Assembly (NCBI GenBank): GCA_905214795.1
Contig: CAJMNM010000014.1
Coordinates: 2,669-66,668 of the forward strand
Direction of reading: 5' to 3'
DNA from: an uncultured bacterium
GTDB lineage: Bacteria > Bacteroidota > Bacteroidia > Bacteroidales > Bacteroidaceae
Length of the DNA: 64,000 nucleotides
Each line of letters begins with the position of its first letter. The first letter of the stretch is position 1. Made by a program: the position numbers and the translations under genes. Under the pieces are notes generated by a model that was given only the letters and a program-made list of their open reading frames with translations, was not told the DNA's origin and did not search any database. Below are positions 11,309-20,571 of this stretch, piece after piece.

Positions 11309-11344
11309 CCACCAGCGGGCGAGACCTCGCTTACCCGCTGGTGG
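11309..11344. other. GC-rich intergenic hairpin between mce and mmdA
   Basis: CCACCAGCGGG / CCCGCTGGTGG perfect 11-bp stem; no U-tract, so more likely a stability or processing hairpin than a terminator. Confidence 0.55.
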
Positions 11345-11423
11345 TGTGTCATTTCTCATAAAAAGGTTAATTAATGTCATACCGGTTTTGTTTACGGTTG
11401 ACCTTATTCCCGGATGCTTTTTT

Positions 11424-11828
11424 TTAATGCTCGCAAAGCTCGGTTAATACACCGCAAGTAGATTTCGGATGCAGAAAGGCTATTTGCAACTTTTCAGCTC
11501 CCAGTCTCGGCGCTTTGTCAATAAGTCGGATGCCTTGGCCGTCGCATTCAGCCAATGCGTTAGCTACTCCGTCTTCTACACAGAATGCTACATGATGAAC
11601 ACCGCGTCCACCCTTCTCAAGGAATTTGGCAATAGCGCTTTCAGGACTTGTCGGTTCAAGCAATTCTATTTTGACTTCACCCACTTTCAGGAAGGCGGTC
11701 TTTACTTTCTGGTCTTCAACTTCTTCAATGTTATAACATTTCAGACCTAATACATTTTCAAAATAAGGAAGGGCAGCCTCTATACTTTCAACGGCAATAC
11801 CCAAATGTTCAATGTGTGAAATTTTCAT
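11424..11828 (-). CDS. mce: Methylmalonyl-CoA epimerase
   Basis: IEHLGIAV, EEVEDQKVKTAF, IELLEP, GVHHVAF, AFLHPKSTCGVLTELC. Confidence 0.95.
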   Translation of the reverse strand: MKISHIEHLGIAVESIEAALPYFENVLGLKCYNIEEVEDQKVKTAFLKVGEVKIELLEPTSPESAIAKFLEKGGRGVHHVAFCVEDGVANALAECDGQGIRLIDKAPRLGAEKLQIAFLHPKSTCGVLTELCEH

Positions 11829-12068
11829 TTTATTCGGTTGTTTTTAGTCTTTCAGACTGTGTTCATGGTTTGACAAATATAGGTATTTTGCTTTAAACTC
11901 CGAAATTTTGATTTTCATTTTTTATTCTTTCTCCTGTTAAAAACTGCTTCATAATCCGAATATTGCTAAATCAAAGATACGTGTGATTAGCTGTGAAATA
12001 GTATTTATTGGCTGTTGTTGTGCTGTTGGTATGTAGAGATGGCTTGTTCAATGGGATATGCCTGCCTC

Positions 12069-12623
12069 CTATTTCCATCCCTCTTTGCGTATTTTTTCAT
12101 TAAGTTCTGTGACAATATCATTATAATCTGCACGTTGGCCGCAGGCGTGAATGACAGTTAACGGATATTTGTCTGCGATGTGATTTATCAGGTCCTGATA
12201 AGACGGTGCTTTCGGTAAAGCAATATATTCTTCATAAGTATAGGACAGAAAGGCTACGGTTGGGCCTATTCCTCTGTTGTCTAACCAGAAGCCTTCTTCC
12301 AGTGGAGTAGGTAATGTGGGTTTACCGTTGCGCAAAAGGTCAGAAGGTGCCGGATAAGACACGATACAACTCCGGCTTTCGTCCATCAGTACAGGAACCT
12401 GTTTTGAATAGTCTTTTTTCGTTTTATAAATATAAACTGTAGGAGATACAGTTCCTGGGTGGTTGTTACTCGACTTGACAGTATTGTTACCGGCAATTGG
12501 TTTGAACGATACTGGTTCTGTGGTTTGTTGAGGGACATGCTGTGGATGACATGCTGTGAGTATTGCTGCGCAGACTATTGGCATGCATCGGCTTGCGGCA
12601 TTCTTCTTGTTATATCGTTTCAT
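12069..12623 (-). CDS. Hypothetical lipoprotein
   Basis: Lipobox LTAC, low-complexity linker, then a globular domain (YKTKKDYS..VPV..VSYPAPSD..LDNRGI). Confidence 0.7.
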   Translation of the reverse strand: MKRYNKKNAASRCMPIVCAAILTACHPQHVPQQTTEPVSFKPIAGNNTVKSSNNHPGTVSPTVYIYKTKKDYSKQVPVLMDESRSCIVSYPAPSDLLRNGKPTLPTPLEEGFWLDNRGIGPTVAFLSYTYEEYIALPKAPSYQDLINHIADKYPLTVIHACGQRADYNDIVTELNEKIRKEGWK

Positions 12624-12639
12624 AGGGTAGTTGGTTGAT

Positions 12640-12664
12640 GTCGCACAGGGGATTCCTGTGCGAC
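12640..12664. other. Hairpin between C10 protease and lipoprotein genes
   Basis: GTCGCACAGG / CCTGTGCGAC perfect stem. Confidence 0.55.
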
Positions 12665-12674
12665 GGTTATGGGC

Positions 12675-15128
12675 TTATTTACAGATTTTCAGTGTATAGT
12701 TCTTATTACCTTCTGTGAGGATATGCACCAGATAACACCCCTTGTTCAGCCCGGGTACGGTGATACAATAACCGTCTTGGGTCTTTACCGGTGAGTTTGT
12801 TGTGTGAATTCGGCTGCCTGATAAAGTATATATATCAGTTCGGATGACATGGCCTCCATAATTGAAACATATGGTTGGTTCGCCAGGGGTCAGGCAGTAT
12901 ACCGGTATATCGGATGAGGCCGTTTTGATTGATTTTACATCGGTTGGTCTTGTAATGGAAAAGTTGTCCGACCACAATGTCGTATTGTTGTAGTAAAGTA
13001 TACTGTATTCTCCTTGAGGATAGTCTGCCTTGATTTTGACAGTGTATGGGTTGGGCTTATCTTTTTCGGCAAACAGATTTACGGTCTGGTAATGTACGGT
13101 CTGACCTTCAGCATTCAGAATATAGATTTCCAGAGCGCTTGAAAGCAAGTCTGCGTCTTCTCCGTTTGCGAGGCTGGCAGTGAAAGCGCAGGTGATTGTT
13201 TCGCCTGCTCCATATGAGGTCTTGTCAATGCCGCATGCTGACAGTTCGAAAGCGCTTGTAGCTGTCCCTGTCTTGATTTCACTTTCCACCGGATTGCCGA
13301 AAGGCTCATAAGATGTAGTGTTAAGCCACGTAGGATAGAAAAGGTAGTTTCCGTTGTGTTCAACCTGCAATGTGGCTCGTCCTACGAGCGTGGTGTCTTG
13401 TCCGGCTTGTAACAGTATGTGTCCGCAATAGATGTTCTGAGAGATTTGAGTAACTTCATTGTTTACTATTGACAGATAAACCGGTGCGAAAAACTCACGG
13501 CCGGTTGACGGATTGCATACCTTGATCTCGAATTGGAAGGGCAGACTGTTATAAGTAGGAGACTTTATGTTTACATAGGCCACCGGACGTTCGGTGGTGC
13601 TGTTGTTTGAAATCCAATAATAGCTTCCGTCGTTATTTACATTAAGGATATAATAAGGATTGTTACATTGCAGCCCGTTTACTTTCATCCATTGTGTGTC
13701 ATCTTGGGCTCGGCTGGCAGCGTAAACCTTATATTGACCTGGAGCTAGTTGGATAGGCATGAGCAGAGATATTTCTAATTCCTTGTAACCGTAATAGGAA
13801 GGCAATCCGTTGATGGGCATCTCGTTGCTTAACAATGAGATGTTACCGTCTTTTTCTGCGACAATTGCAATTGTGCCGTTATAGTCATATCCGTGATTGT
13901 ATAAATTGGTTATAATGATTCTGTCATTCTCTATATTCATATCATCTGAGAAAAACTGAGGTTGGCGTAAGCAAGTTTTGTCGGTGGCTGGTTTAAAGCC
14001 ATAAAGCATGCTTTGTGAAAAAGAGAAACCGTTACTTGCATTGTTGTTGCCCTGCAGGTTGGGGTTGAGCGAGATTAGTTCGTAATAACCGTTGTTGTAA
14101 CCACCCCAACCCCAGTCTACGTGTACTAGGCCTTGAGGGTCATAGCCGTCGAGTACAAAAGCATGACCGCCTATGTCGATGTCATCCCCACAGTAATAAA
14201 TCGGGTAGCCGTCGGCCAGACTTTCTTTAATCATTTGCAGCCATTCTGATGAACTGTAGTTGGCTCGTGTGGCATGAATCATATACGGATTGTATTTAAG
14301 ATTCTCTATTAATCCTAAAAGGGCTTCGGAATAGTAAGCCCATGAGTTGTTCAGGCTGTAATCCATTTTAGAAGCTACTCCACAGGCTTTCATTAAGGTG
14401 GCGACGGCGTCCGCCTGCTTTTCATTATAAGCTCCTTCTTCATAGGTGGACAATATGTTATCCCAATTAAACGGGGTGGCGTCATAGTTAAATGAACATT
14501 CTTGTCCTATTTGGGCCGCAGTGTAGGTCTTGGAGCCTTCTCCTTGGGCGGGATACTTGTAATAACGCATGATAGTGGCCATCGCTGTGGCGACACAACC
14601 TGTTACGCAGTGCTGTCCGTCAACTGTCGGGCATTGGCGGTTATAAGGCTCTCCCTGATTATAACTGATGTCGCCGAGTAAAGGGAGAACTTCCGAAGGC
14701 GTGTCTGTACTGATATGCGACTGGCGGTTTACTTCTGCTGTTAAAACAGTAGATTCGGCTAATGATGAATAGGCCTTTAGCCACATTTTCAGATTATCGG
14801 GCATATCCTCGGTACAGAATCTGTTATCAAAAGAATAGCCCAATACGTCAGTCATACGGTCGTCGCCCGAGATGATGACAAACGCCTTTTCTCCATAGTT
14901 GTAGATGTACCATGCAGCCTGAGTCTCATTGACGGCACGTTTTTTTGTGCTCTCCAAATCGTGTGAAGTGGCAGCAAGAGACAAGGCTTGCGGTGAGCGT
15001 ACTGTTACTGTACGGTGACTTCTCATGAAGCGTTCTGCTATTTCCCTGGCCTGTAATTCACTGCGTGGCGTACTCCAAATGTTTGATACGTAACATAAGG
15101 ATAGTAAAAAGAGTAAGAGATGTTTCAT
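12675..15128 (-). CDS. C10 family cysteine peptidase (streptopain/interpain-like) with prodomain and T9SS-type CTD
   Basis: Signal peptide; FVIISGDDR..VLGYS prodomain; Q-GEPYN, TGCVATAMA (catalytic Cys), GGHAFVLDGY (His), HVDWGWGG; C-terminal IYTLSG...GCYLVHI...KICK. Confidence 0.9.
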   Translation of the reverse strand: MKHLLLFLLSLCYVSNIWSTPRSELQAREIAERFMRSHRTVTVRSPQALSLAATSHDLESTKKRAVNETQAAWYIYNYGEKAFVIISGDDRMTDVLGYSFDNRFCTEDMPDNLKMWLKAYSSLAESTVLTAEVNRQSHISTDTPSEVLPLLGDISYNQGEPYNRQCPTVDGQHCVTGCVATAMATIMRYYKYPAQGEGSKTYTAAQIGQECSFNYDATPFNWDNILSTYEEGAYNEKQADAVATLMKACGVASKMDYSLNNSWAYYSEALLGLIENLKYNPYMIHATRANYSSSEWLQMIKESLADGYPIYYCGDDIDIGGHAFVLDGYDPQGLVHVDWGWGGYNNGYYELISLNPNLQGNNNASNGFSFSQSMLYGFKPATDKTCLRQPQFFSDDMNIENDRIIITNLYNHGYDYNGTIAIVAEKDGNISLLSNEMPINGLPSYYGYKELEISLLMPIQLAPGQYKVYAASRAQDDTQWMKVNGLQCNNPYYILNVNNDGSYYWISNNSTTERPVAYVNIKSPTYNSLPFQFEIKVCNPSTGREFFAPVYLSIVNNEVTQISQNIYCGHILLQAGQDTTLVGRATLQVEHNGNYLFYPTWLNTTSYEPFGNPVESEIKTGTATSAFELSACGIDKTSYGAGETITCAFTASLANGEDADLLSSALEIYILNAEGQTVHYQTVNLFAEKDKPNPYTVKIKADYPQGEYSILYYNNTTLWSDNFSITRPTDVKSIKTASSDIPVYCLTPGEPTICFNYGGHVIRTDIYTLSGSRIHTTNSPVKTQDGYCITVPGLNKGCYLVHILTEGNKNYTLKICK

Positions 15129-15417
15129 AGTATGTTTTTGGTTTTTGTTTTATAATAGCTTTTGGTCTGGTTTATAGTTTGTTTAAGGGCTTATTGGCGA
15201 ATATACAAATTTATTTGATAGGTTAATAATAAGAATGGTAAAAAGCTTCTTTTAATCTGCTTTTTTTTATGACAAAACCAGTGCTGGATTATTTTTTACG
15301 TTGTTAATCTGTTTTTTATGATGTTGGTTCACGGAATTTTTGTAATTTTGTTAGTGGTGGGCTGGCAGAAAAAGGCCGGCTATCATCAAGTTGCGACCTT
15401 TTTAAAAAGATTCAGCT

Positions 15418-16353
15418 ATGAGAAAAACACAGACTGATGGTAACGGCAGACTGACAGTACTGGCCGTTGCGATATGTTTTTTAGGATTGCCCGTGCAGTC
15501 CGTTTGGGGGAGAAATCTGTTGTCAGAGTCACCTGTTTCGGATAATAAGGCAGAACCGGTTATTTTTGTTCAGTCCCATGGAGATAAGTTTTCCAGTAGA
15601 CATGATTTTAGAGGGCAGGGATGTTGGCGTATGGTGCAGATTGGCGATTCGGCTTACCGTAGTGTCAAGATGTTGCCACCGACTCCTCATTACAAATTTT
15701 TTGGAAACAATTCGTCTCTCGTGATTAATTTGATAGAATTAACTTCCGAGAAATATTTCAGATTTGTTGGAGCCACTGGAAGTTATAAGGAAAAGAAAGG
15801 AAAACCTTATGTGAAGGAACGTGGTGCACGTCGTCCGCGTACATGGTTGGATGCCAATCATTTTGATGATACATGGAAGGACGATAAAGGGGTATATTCT
15901 TTCAAAACCTTGTGGAAGACAGAACGGTGGGAACGTTGTGAGCCACCCACATTGCTTAAGAATGCTCTCGACAGTTATCGGCAAAGCCGTCATCGCAAGG
16001 ACTGTTTGCGCGGCACGTGGAAACTGAAAGCGGTGAGGAATGCTGATACCGGTGAGATGGAACCTACCTCTATGCATCAGTATAAGTTTTATGGAAAAGA
16101 TGCGTATATCACGTTTGTCATCGCGCCTCTTGATACGGAGAATATGTTTTATACATTTAGTGGAAACTTCGGAGCCTTTGAATTTGTGAATAACAATTTG
16201 GTCAGAGAACATGAGTCTGATTTTCATCTGGTCTGGACCGATGAGGACCATTTTACCATGACATTCAGATTAAATGGCCGTATGTGGGAAGAAGAGTGGG
16301 AGCATGTGAGGACTCCGCGTCGCATCAGACAGATGTTTCGTGCCATGAATTGA
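15418..16353 (+). CDS. Secreted protein with two tandem lipocalin-like (DUF4488-like) domains
   Basis: Signal peptide; internal repeat GCWRMV..HYKFFG..ERWERC versus GTWKLK..QYKFYG..EEWEHV. Confidence 0.55.
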   Translation: MRKTQTDGNGRLTVLAVAICFLGLPVQSVWGRNLLSESPVSDNKAEPVIFVQSHGDKFSSRHDFRGQGCWRMVQIGDSAYRSVKMLPPTPHYKFFGNNSSLVINLIELTSEKYFRFVGATGSYKEKKGKPYVKERGARRPRTWLDANHFDDTWKDDKGVYSFKTLWKTERWERCEPPTLLKNALDSYRQSRHRKDCLRGTWKLKAVRNADTGEMEPTSMHQYKFYGKDAYITFVIAPLDTENMFYTFSGNFGAFEFVNNNLVREHESDFHLVWTDEDHFTMTFRLNGRMWEEEWEHVRTPRRIRQMFRAMN

Positions 16354-16474
16354 ATTCTTTGTTGTCGCAGTATTTGGGGGCTGCCTGATAATGTGCAGAG
16401 ATAGGAGAAAAATCTACTCTGTTATCCTGTTTTTTGACGAATTGTTGTTTGCGCTTATGATGTAATATATTGAC

Positions 16475-16514
16475 AAAATTCCGGCAGAATGCGAGTCGTG
16501 CCGGAATTTTTTTT
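16475..16514 (+). terminator. Intrinsic terminator
   Basis: AAAATTCCGGCA / TGCCGGAATTTT followed by a T run. Confidence 0.75.
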
Positions 16515-16887
16515 GTTTGACAGACTTTTGCTTGGTTATGTTTTTTAACCGGAAAAAACTTATTCAAACCGGTTTTTATGGCCTTTCCTCTTTTATTTAC
16601 GCTCTTTTTTTATGGTTTTTCTGAAGATTGTTATGCTATTAAATTTATATTCATACGTGTGTTTTGTTGGCAATTTTGTTTTGTTTGCGTTTTTTTGCTT
16701 TTAAATATTCGTTTTGGATGTTATTTTGTTTTTATGTTCTTCACATCAGTAATGCCGTTTATGGTCTTTGTTATTTCTTCCATGAAAAAATACATCGTAA
16801 AATCGATGTTTTCACACAGATATGTACCTTTATATAATACTAAGAGGTATCTTTCGGACGGTTCGTTGCAGATTTAATGTAAATATA

Positions 16888-17249
16888 TTTGAATGTCTGT
16901 AAGTACTTGTTGCTTCTGCTGTTGTTAAATGTGTACGCTTCTGACTTTTTTCCTGACAGCTCAGAAAAATATTTTGGTACTGTTACGAATTTTTTTCTGT
17001 ACGGTTACGGGGACGCTCATAACCGTATCAAAATGAATTCGTAACAGTATGGAAAAAAGTTCATGACCGTGAGCATTTTTTCTTGTCAATTTAATAAGTC
17101 TGACAGTAATGTTATAGATTATTTCTGTTAAGTCTGTTTAAATATCATAAAATCAATATGTTCTTTGTTTTTTATGTTATAAAAACAGATTGCTGAATCA
17201 CGTTTTTTAGTAAATCTTAACGGTTGCTGATTGGTTCTGACCGTAAGCG
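16888..17249. repeat. 22-bp-lattice palindromic repeat element, copy A
   Basis: TACGGTTACG-like motifs at 16934, 16978, 17000; reverse-complement motifs at 16952, 17018, 17040, 17062; flanking boxes 16888-16904 and 17145-17162 shared with the 40.5-41.0 kb copy. Confidence 0.75.
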
Positions 17250-17515
17250 CTTTGTGAGGCTTGAAGGAGATTAATGACTGTTAATTAACTTTTCGCTTTG
17301 AATAAATTGTAAATAAAAATACAAGTATATAATAATACGTATATACAATAATGGGAGCTGTTTTAATGGTTTTGGAGGAGGTTGAGAAAGCACATGCAAG
17401 ACAAATCTGATAAAATCCGGCTTGTCTATGCTTGTTTAGATTGTAATTTTACAAATCGGGAATATTTCTCATGCCTGTTTGTGGTGGTTTTTATGACACA
17501 TATATATACTGATTG

Positions 17516-17562
17516 CATCAGACTGTCTTTTACAGCATGTGCTGTTTTAAGACAGTCTGATG
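17516..17562. terminator. Long stem-loop downstream of TonB receptor
   Basis: CATCAGACTGTCTT / AAGACAGTCTGATG perfect 14-bp stem, extended by ACAGCA/TGCTGT. Confidence 0.65.
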
Positions 17563-17606
17563 ACTTAATTAATGTATGGGATGGGAAATAAGTATCCTTC
17601 ATGTGG

Positions 17607-19868
17607 TCAGAAACTTATTCTGACCGTACCGTAAATGTTTCGCCCGGGAGCATTGATACCCGATGCAAACATGCGGTATTCCGTGTCGAGCAGATTTTCA
17701 ATTCCGGCTTGTAGCGTGAAGCTGCTGCTCAGGTTGTAGCTGCCTTTTATGTTGAGGGTAAACCATGCCGGCATGCCTTGGCCTTTTGCACCCAGTGTAG
17801 TGGCATAATCAATGTTGTCCTCGCCGTCGGCATTATAGTCGCTAATGTCTTTTTTACCGTTATACAGCGCATAGAAGTCAATGCGTCCTTTTCCGTTGCG
17901 CGGCAGATAGGCGATGCCCACTTTACCGTAGATGGGCGGTATGTGGTCGAGCGGTTGTTTCACTTCGCCTTTCACTATTTTGCCATAAGTGTAGTTGAAC
18001 GATGCGTTCAGCTCCGTCTGCTTTGAAGGCTTGGCCGTAAGGTTTGAAGAGACTCCCCAAAGAACGGCTGCTTTAGCATTGGTCTGCGTGTAAACGTCGC
18101 AGAGCGTTCCTTTGTATTCCATCTGGCTACTGCCCATAAAACTGCCGCGGCTTGTTGTAATGGCGTCGAAGAAGTATGTGCTGTAAATAACGTTTTCCCA
18201 GATAAACTTCTCACCGGCGTGTTTGGTAATGTTTAAATCAACCGATACCGTTTTTTCCGGTTTAAGGTTTTTGTTCGGTATGGTGACTGTGTTCAGCTTG
18301 GATTCGAATACCTTAGACGCATTGTCTATGTTGGGTACGCGGTAGGCTGTGGCTGCGTTGAGAGCAAGTTTCCATGTCCGTGCCGGCAGATAGTTCAGCC
18401 CCCATGCCATGCTGTAGGTCGGGTTGTTTTTTCTTTGGCTTTTGCTACCGTAGAACGGGAATAGTTCAGTATCCTTTACTGTGGAATAAGTCGTGGCGTA
18501 GCCTGCTCGTAAACCGTCGTGCATGCTCCATGACTCGTTGATGTGCCAGATGTGGGTTATAAAGGCTTCAAGTGTGTGCATACTGTTTTGTCCGTCGGGA
18601 TAACGGGTGGTATAAGGCGTTTTTTCGCCTGTTACCACATTCTCGGCGGATGCCGTGGAATGCAGAAAGCTTAATGTACCGTCTATTCCGCTGTGTATTT
18701 TGTGTGTACCGATGTATTTTATCCAGTCGCTGTTTAGTGAGACGATGTCTACATCTTCCCAGGTATGGTACAGTTCTTCTTTACGGAATTTGCGGTCGTG
18801 CCTGCTTTCCTTTACTTTCTGGTAGGCTAACCCTACATGTGTCTTGTCGGCGCCAAACTGGTTTTTGCCGTCATAGTGGTAAGCGGTCATCAGTCTGAAT
18901 TGCGGTCCGTAATACCATTCGGCATATTTGGGTTGCAGCTTGTCGCCTATGGTTTCCGTCACGTTCAGTCTGTCATAACGGTTGATACCGTTGGCGTTGG
19001 ATAACTGAAAATTAATGGTATGTTTGTCGTTTGGTGACGGCTGGAACAGGAATTTCTGGAGAATGTCATATTGGATGTAGCCGGAACGTTTCTGGAGTTC
19101 GGGTTTACTGTTGACTATCGCTTCGTCGTCGGCACCGGTATGTAATTGCGTGTATATTAGGCTTTGCTGATAACTGTCGTTTTCGGGTAGGAACGGGTTT
19201 CTGTTTGTACCGGCTCTAAGGTCGCCGAAGTGACTGAATGTGAATGATGTCAAAGAGGCGAATTTTGATGTGCCATAGTTTAGGTCTAAATGTACGGTAC
19301 CTTCCTGATTGGCGCTGCCATAGCGTATGGCGGCGTTGCCGTCAAACAGCTGCTTTGATGGATTCTCCGACAGGCGTGGAGCCAGAGTGTTGAACAGTAT
19401 TGTGCCACCCAGTGCGTCCGAACCGTAGTTCAGTGAAGATGGTCCGTTGATGATTTCCACATTTTCCAGCGTAAACTGATCAGTCGTGATGCTGTTTTGC
19501 AAATGGCCGTTACGATAAATGAGGTTATTCATGCGGATACCATCTATTACAAGAAGAATGCGTGAAGCCTCAAAACCTCGCAGAATAGGACTTCCGCCAC
19601 CTTGTTGGCTTTTCTGTATGGAAACCTGTCCGGTCGACATCAGCAAATCTGCTGTATTCTGCTGGTTGGTGTAATCTATCAGACTTTTAGGTATGCTGAC
19701 AATGTGTTGCGGAGAGTTAATCTTATGTATTCTGTCACGGTTGACAGAGACGACAACTTCTTGTAAGTCGGAAGTACGAAAAACGGCAGTACTGTCTGCC
19801 TGGTTGGCATAGATTTGGCTGAAAAATCCGGCGCCTGTCACGGCTGCGGTTAAAAGTGTTTTCTTCAT
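17607..19868 (-). CDS. TonB-dependent receptor (haem/haemoglobin-receptor-like family)
   Basis: Start set at MKKTLL (19868); LQEVVVS TonB-box region, plug SQQGGGSPILRG..IDGIR..YGSDALGG, YRVPN/NKNLKPE loop motifs, terminal Phe. Confidence 0.9.
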   Translation of the reverse strand: MKKTLLTAAVTGAGFFSQIYANQADSTAVFRTSDLQEVVVSVNRDRIHKINSPQHIVSIPKSLIDYTNQQNTADLLMSTGQVSIQKSQQGGGSPILRGFEASRILLVIDGIRMNNLIYRNGHLQNSITTDQFTLENVEIINGPSSLNYGSDALGGTILFNTLAPRLSENPSKQLFDGNAAIRYGSANQEGTVHLDLNYGTSKFASLTSFTFSHFGDLRAGTNRNPFLPENDSYQQSLIYTQLHTGADDEAIVNSKPELQKRSGYIQYDILQKFLFQPSPNDKHTINFQLSNANGINRYDRLNVTETIGDKLQPKYAEWYYGPQFRLMTAYHYDGKNQFGADKTHVGLAYQKVKESRHDRKFRKEELYHTWEDVDIVSLNSDWIKYIGTHKIHSGIDGTLSFLHSTASAENVVTGEKTPYTTRYPDGQNSMHTLEAFITHIWHINESWSMHDGLRAGYATTYSTVKDTELFPFYGSKSQRKNNPTYSMAWGLNYLPARTWKLALNAATAYRVPNIDNASKVFESKLNTVTIPNKNLKPEKTVSVDLNITKHAGEKFIWENVIYSTYFFDAITTSRGSFMGSSQMEYKGTLCDVYTQTNAKAAVLWGVSSNLTAKPSKQTELNASFNYTYGKIVKGEVKQPLDHIPPIYGKVGIAYLPRNGKGRIDFYALYNGKKDISDYNADGEDNIDYATTLGAKGQGMPAWFTLNIKGSYNLSSSFTLQAGIENLLDTEYRMFASGINAPGRNIYGTVRISF

Positions 19869-19990
19869 TCTTGTTCCCTTCAATAATATAAAATAAGATG
19901 TTTGTAAGAGAGCACAGAACTGTGGTCTGATAAAAAATGTTATCCTGAAAAACAATACTTTAATATTGTGAAATTTTAGTTTGGTAATAT

Positions 19991-20134
19991 TTAGAAACCA
20001 AAATGCCCCGGTTCTGAAGGCAAATCGTCCATACCGTTGTCTCCTGACGTCGGATTGGATAGGCTTATGATAGCACAGGTTTCAATTTCGATTATTTCAA
20101 TCTGCGGAGTTTGATAGATTTTTTTTATTTCCAT
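19991..20134 (-). CDS. 47-aa small peptide with KKxYxxP N-terminal motif
   Basis: Not in ORF track. MEIKKIYQTPQIEIIEIETCAIISLSNPTSGDNGMDDLPSEPGHFGF*; AT-rich leader and a TATCTTTG box 23 nt upstream. Confidence 0.7.
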   Translation of the reverse strand: MEIKKIYQTPQIEIIEIETCAIISLSNPTSGDNGMDDLPSEPGHFGF

Positions 20135-20157
20135 TTCTATATATTTTAATTTGCAGG

Positions 20158-20165
20158 CAAAGATA
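20158..20165 (-). promoter_or_regulatory. Bacteroidetes -7 promoter box for the peptide/TonB receptor unit
   Basis: TATCTTTG on the minus strand matches TAnnTTTG. Confidence 0.65.
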
Positions 20166-20571
20166 TAATGCTTAAAGACGATAAAAAAAATAAAAGTATT
20201 CTTTTTAGATTTTATTATGTATTAGCGACTTTAATAAATACTTTTTTACTTTTGATAAGATAATAAAAAGTGTTTAATGTAAAAGTTATATTTTTTTATT
20301 TGGTTTGTATTTATATCTTATATCGTTGTAAATTAATAATATATATTATTAAATAATAATAGCTTTACTTTTTATTTGTAATGATATATAAATAGTTTTA
20401 AGGCGTGCTGTTTGTGAAAATCTAAAAAAATCATTAAAGTAAACAAATAATAATGAAATATATTTTTGTATTAATTACACAATTGTATTTTTGCACCCGA
20501 ATTATTTGGGTGTATGGCCTGAATGTATTAATTATTCAATATTTGTGTTATTAAAAAAGACAGATGTAATT

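Noticed and set aside
16578..16877. 99-aa Phe-rich ORF (also 16325-16567 and 17382-17591)
   Set aside because: Products of T-rich intergenic sequence with no recognisable protein features; two overlap terminator hairpins.
19869..20570. Cobalamin or TPP riboswitch upstream of the TonB receptor
   Set aside because: No B12-box or TPP core recognisable; the region holds the small ORF and AT-rich divergent promoters.
20491..20571. Longer N-termini given by the ORF track (also at 7599, 19955, 33194, 38775, 48202, 60166, 61190)
   Set aside because: Extensions often overlap promoter boxes or begin at non-ATG codons; downstream ATGs give proper signal peptides or family N-termini.
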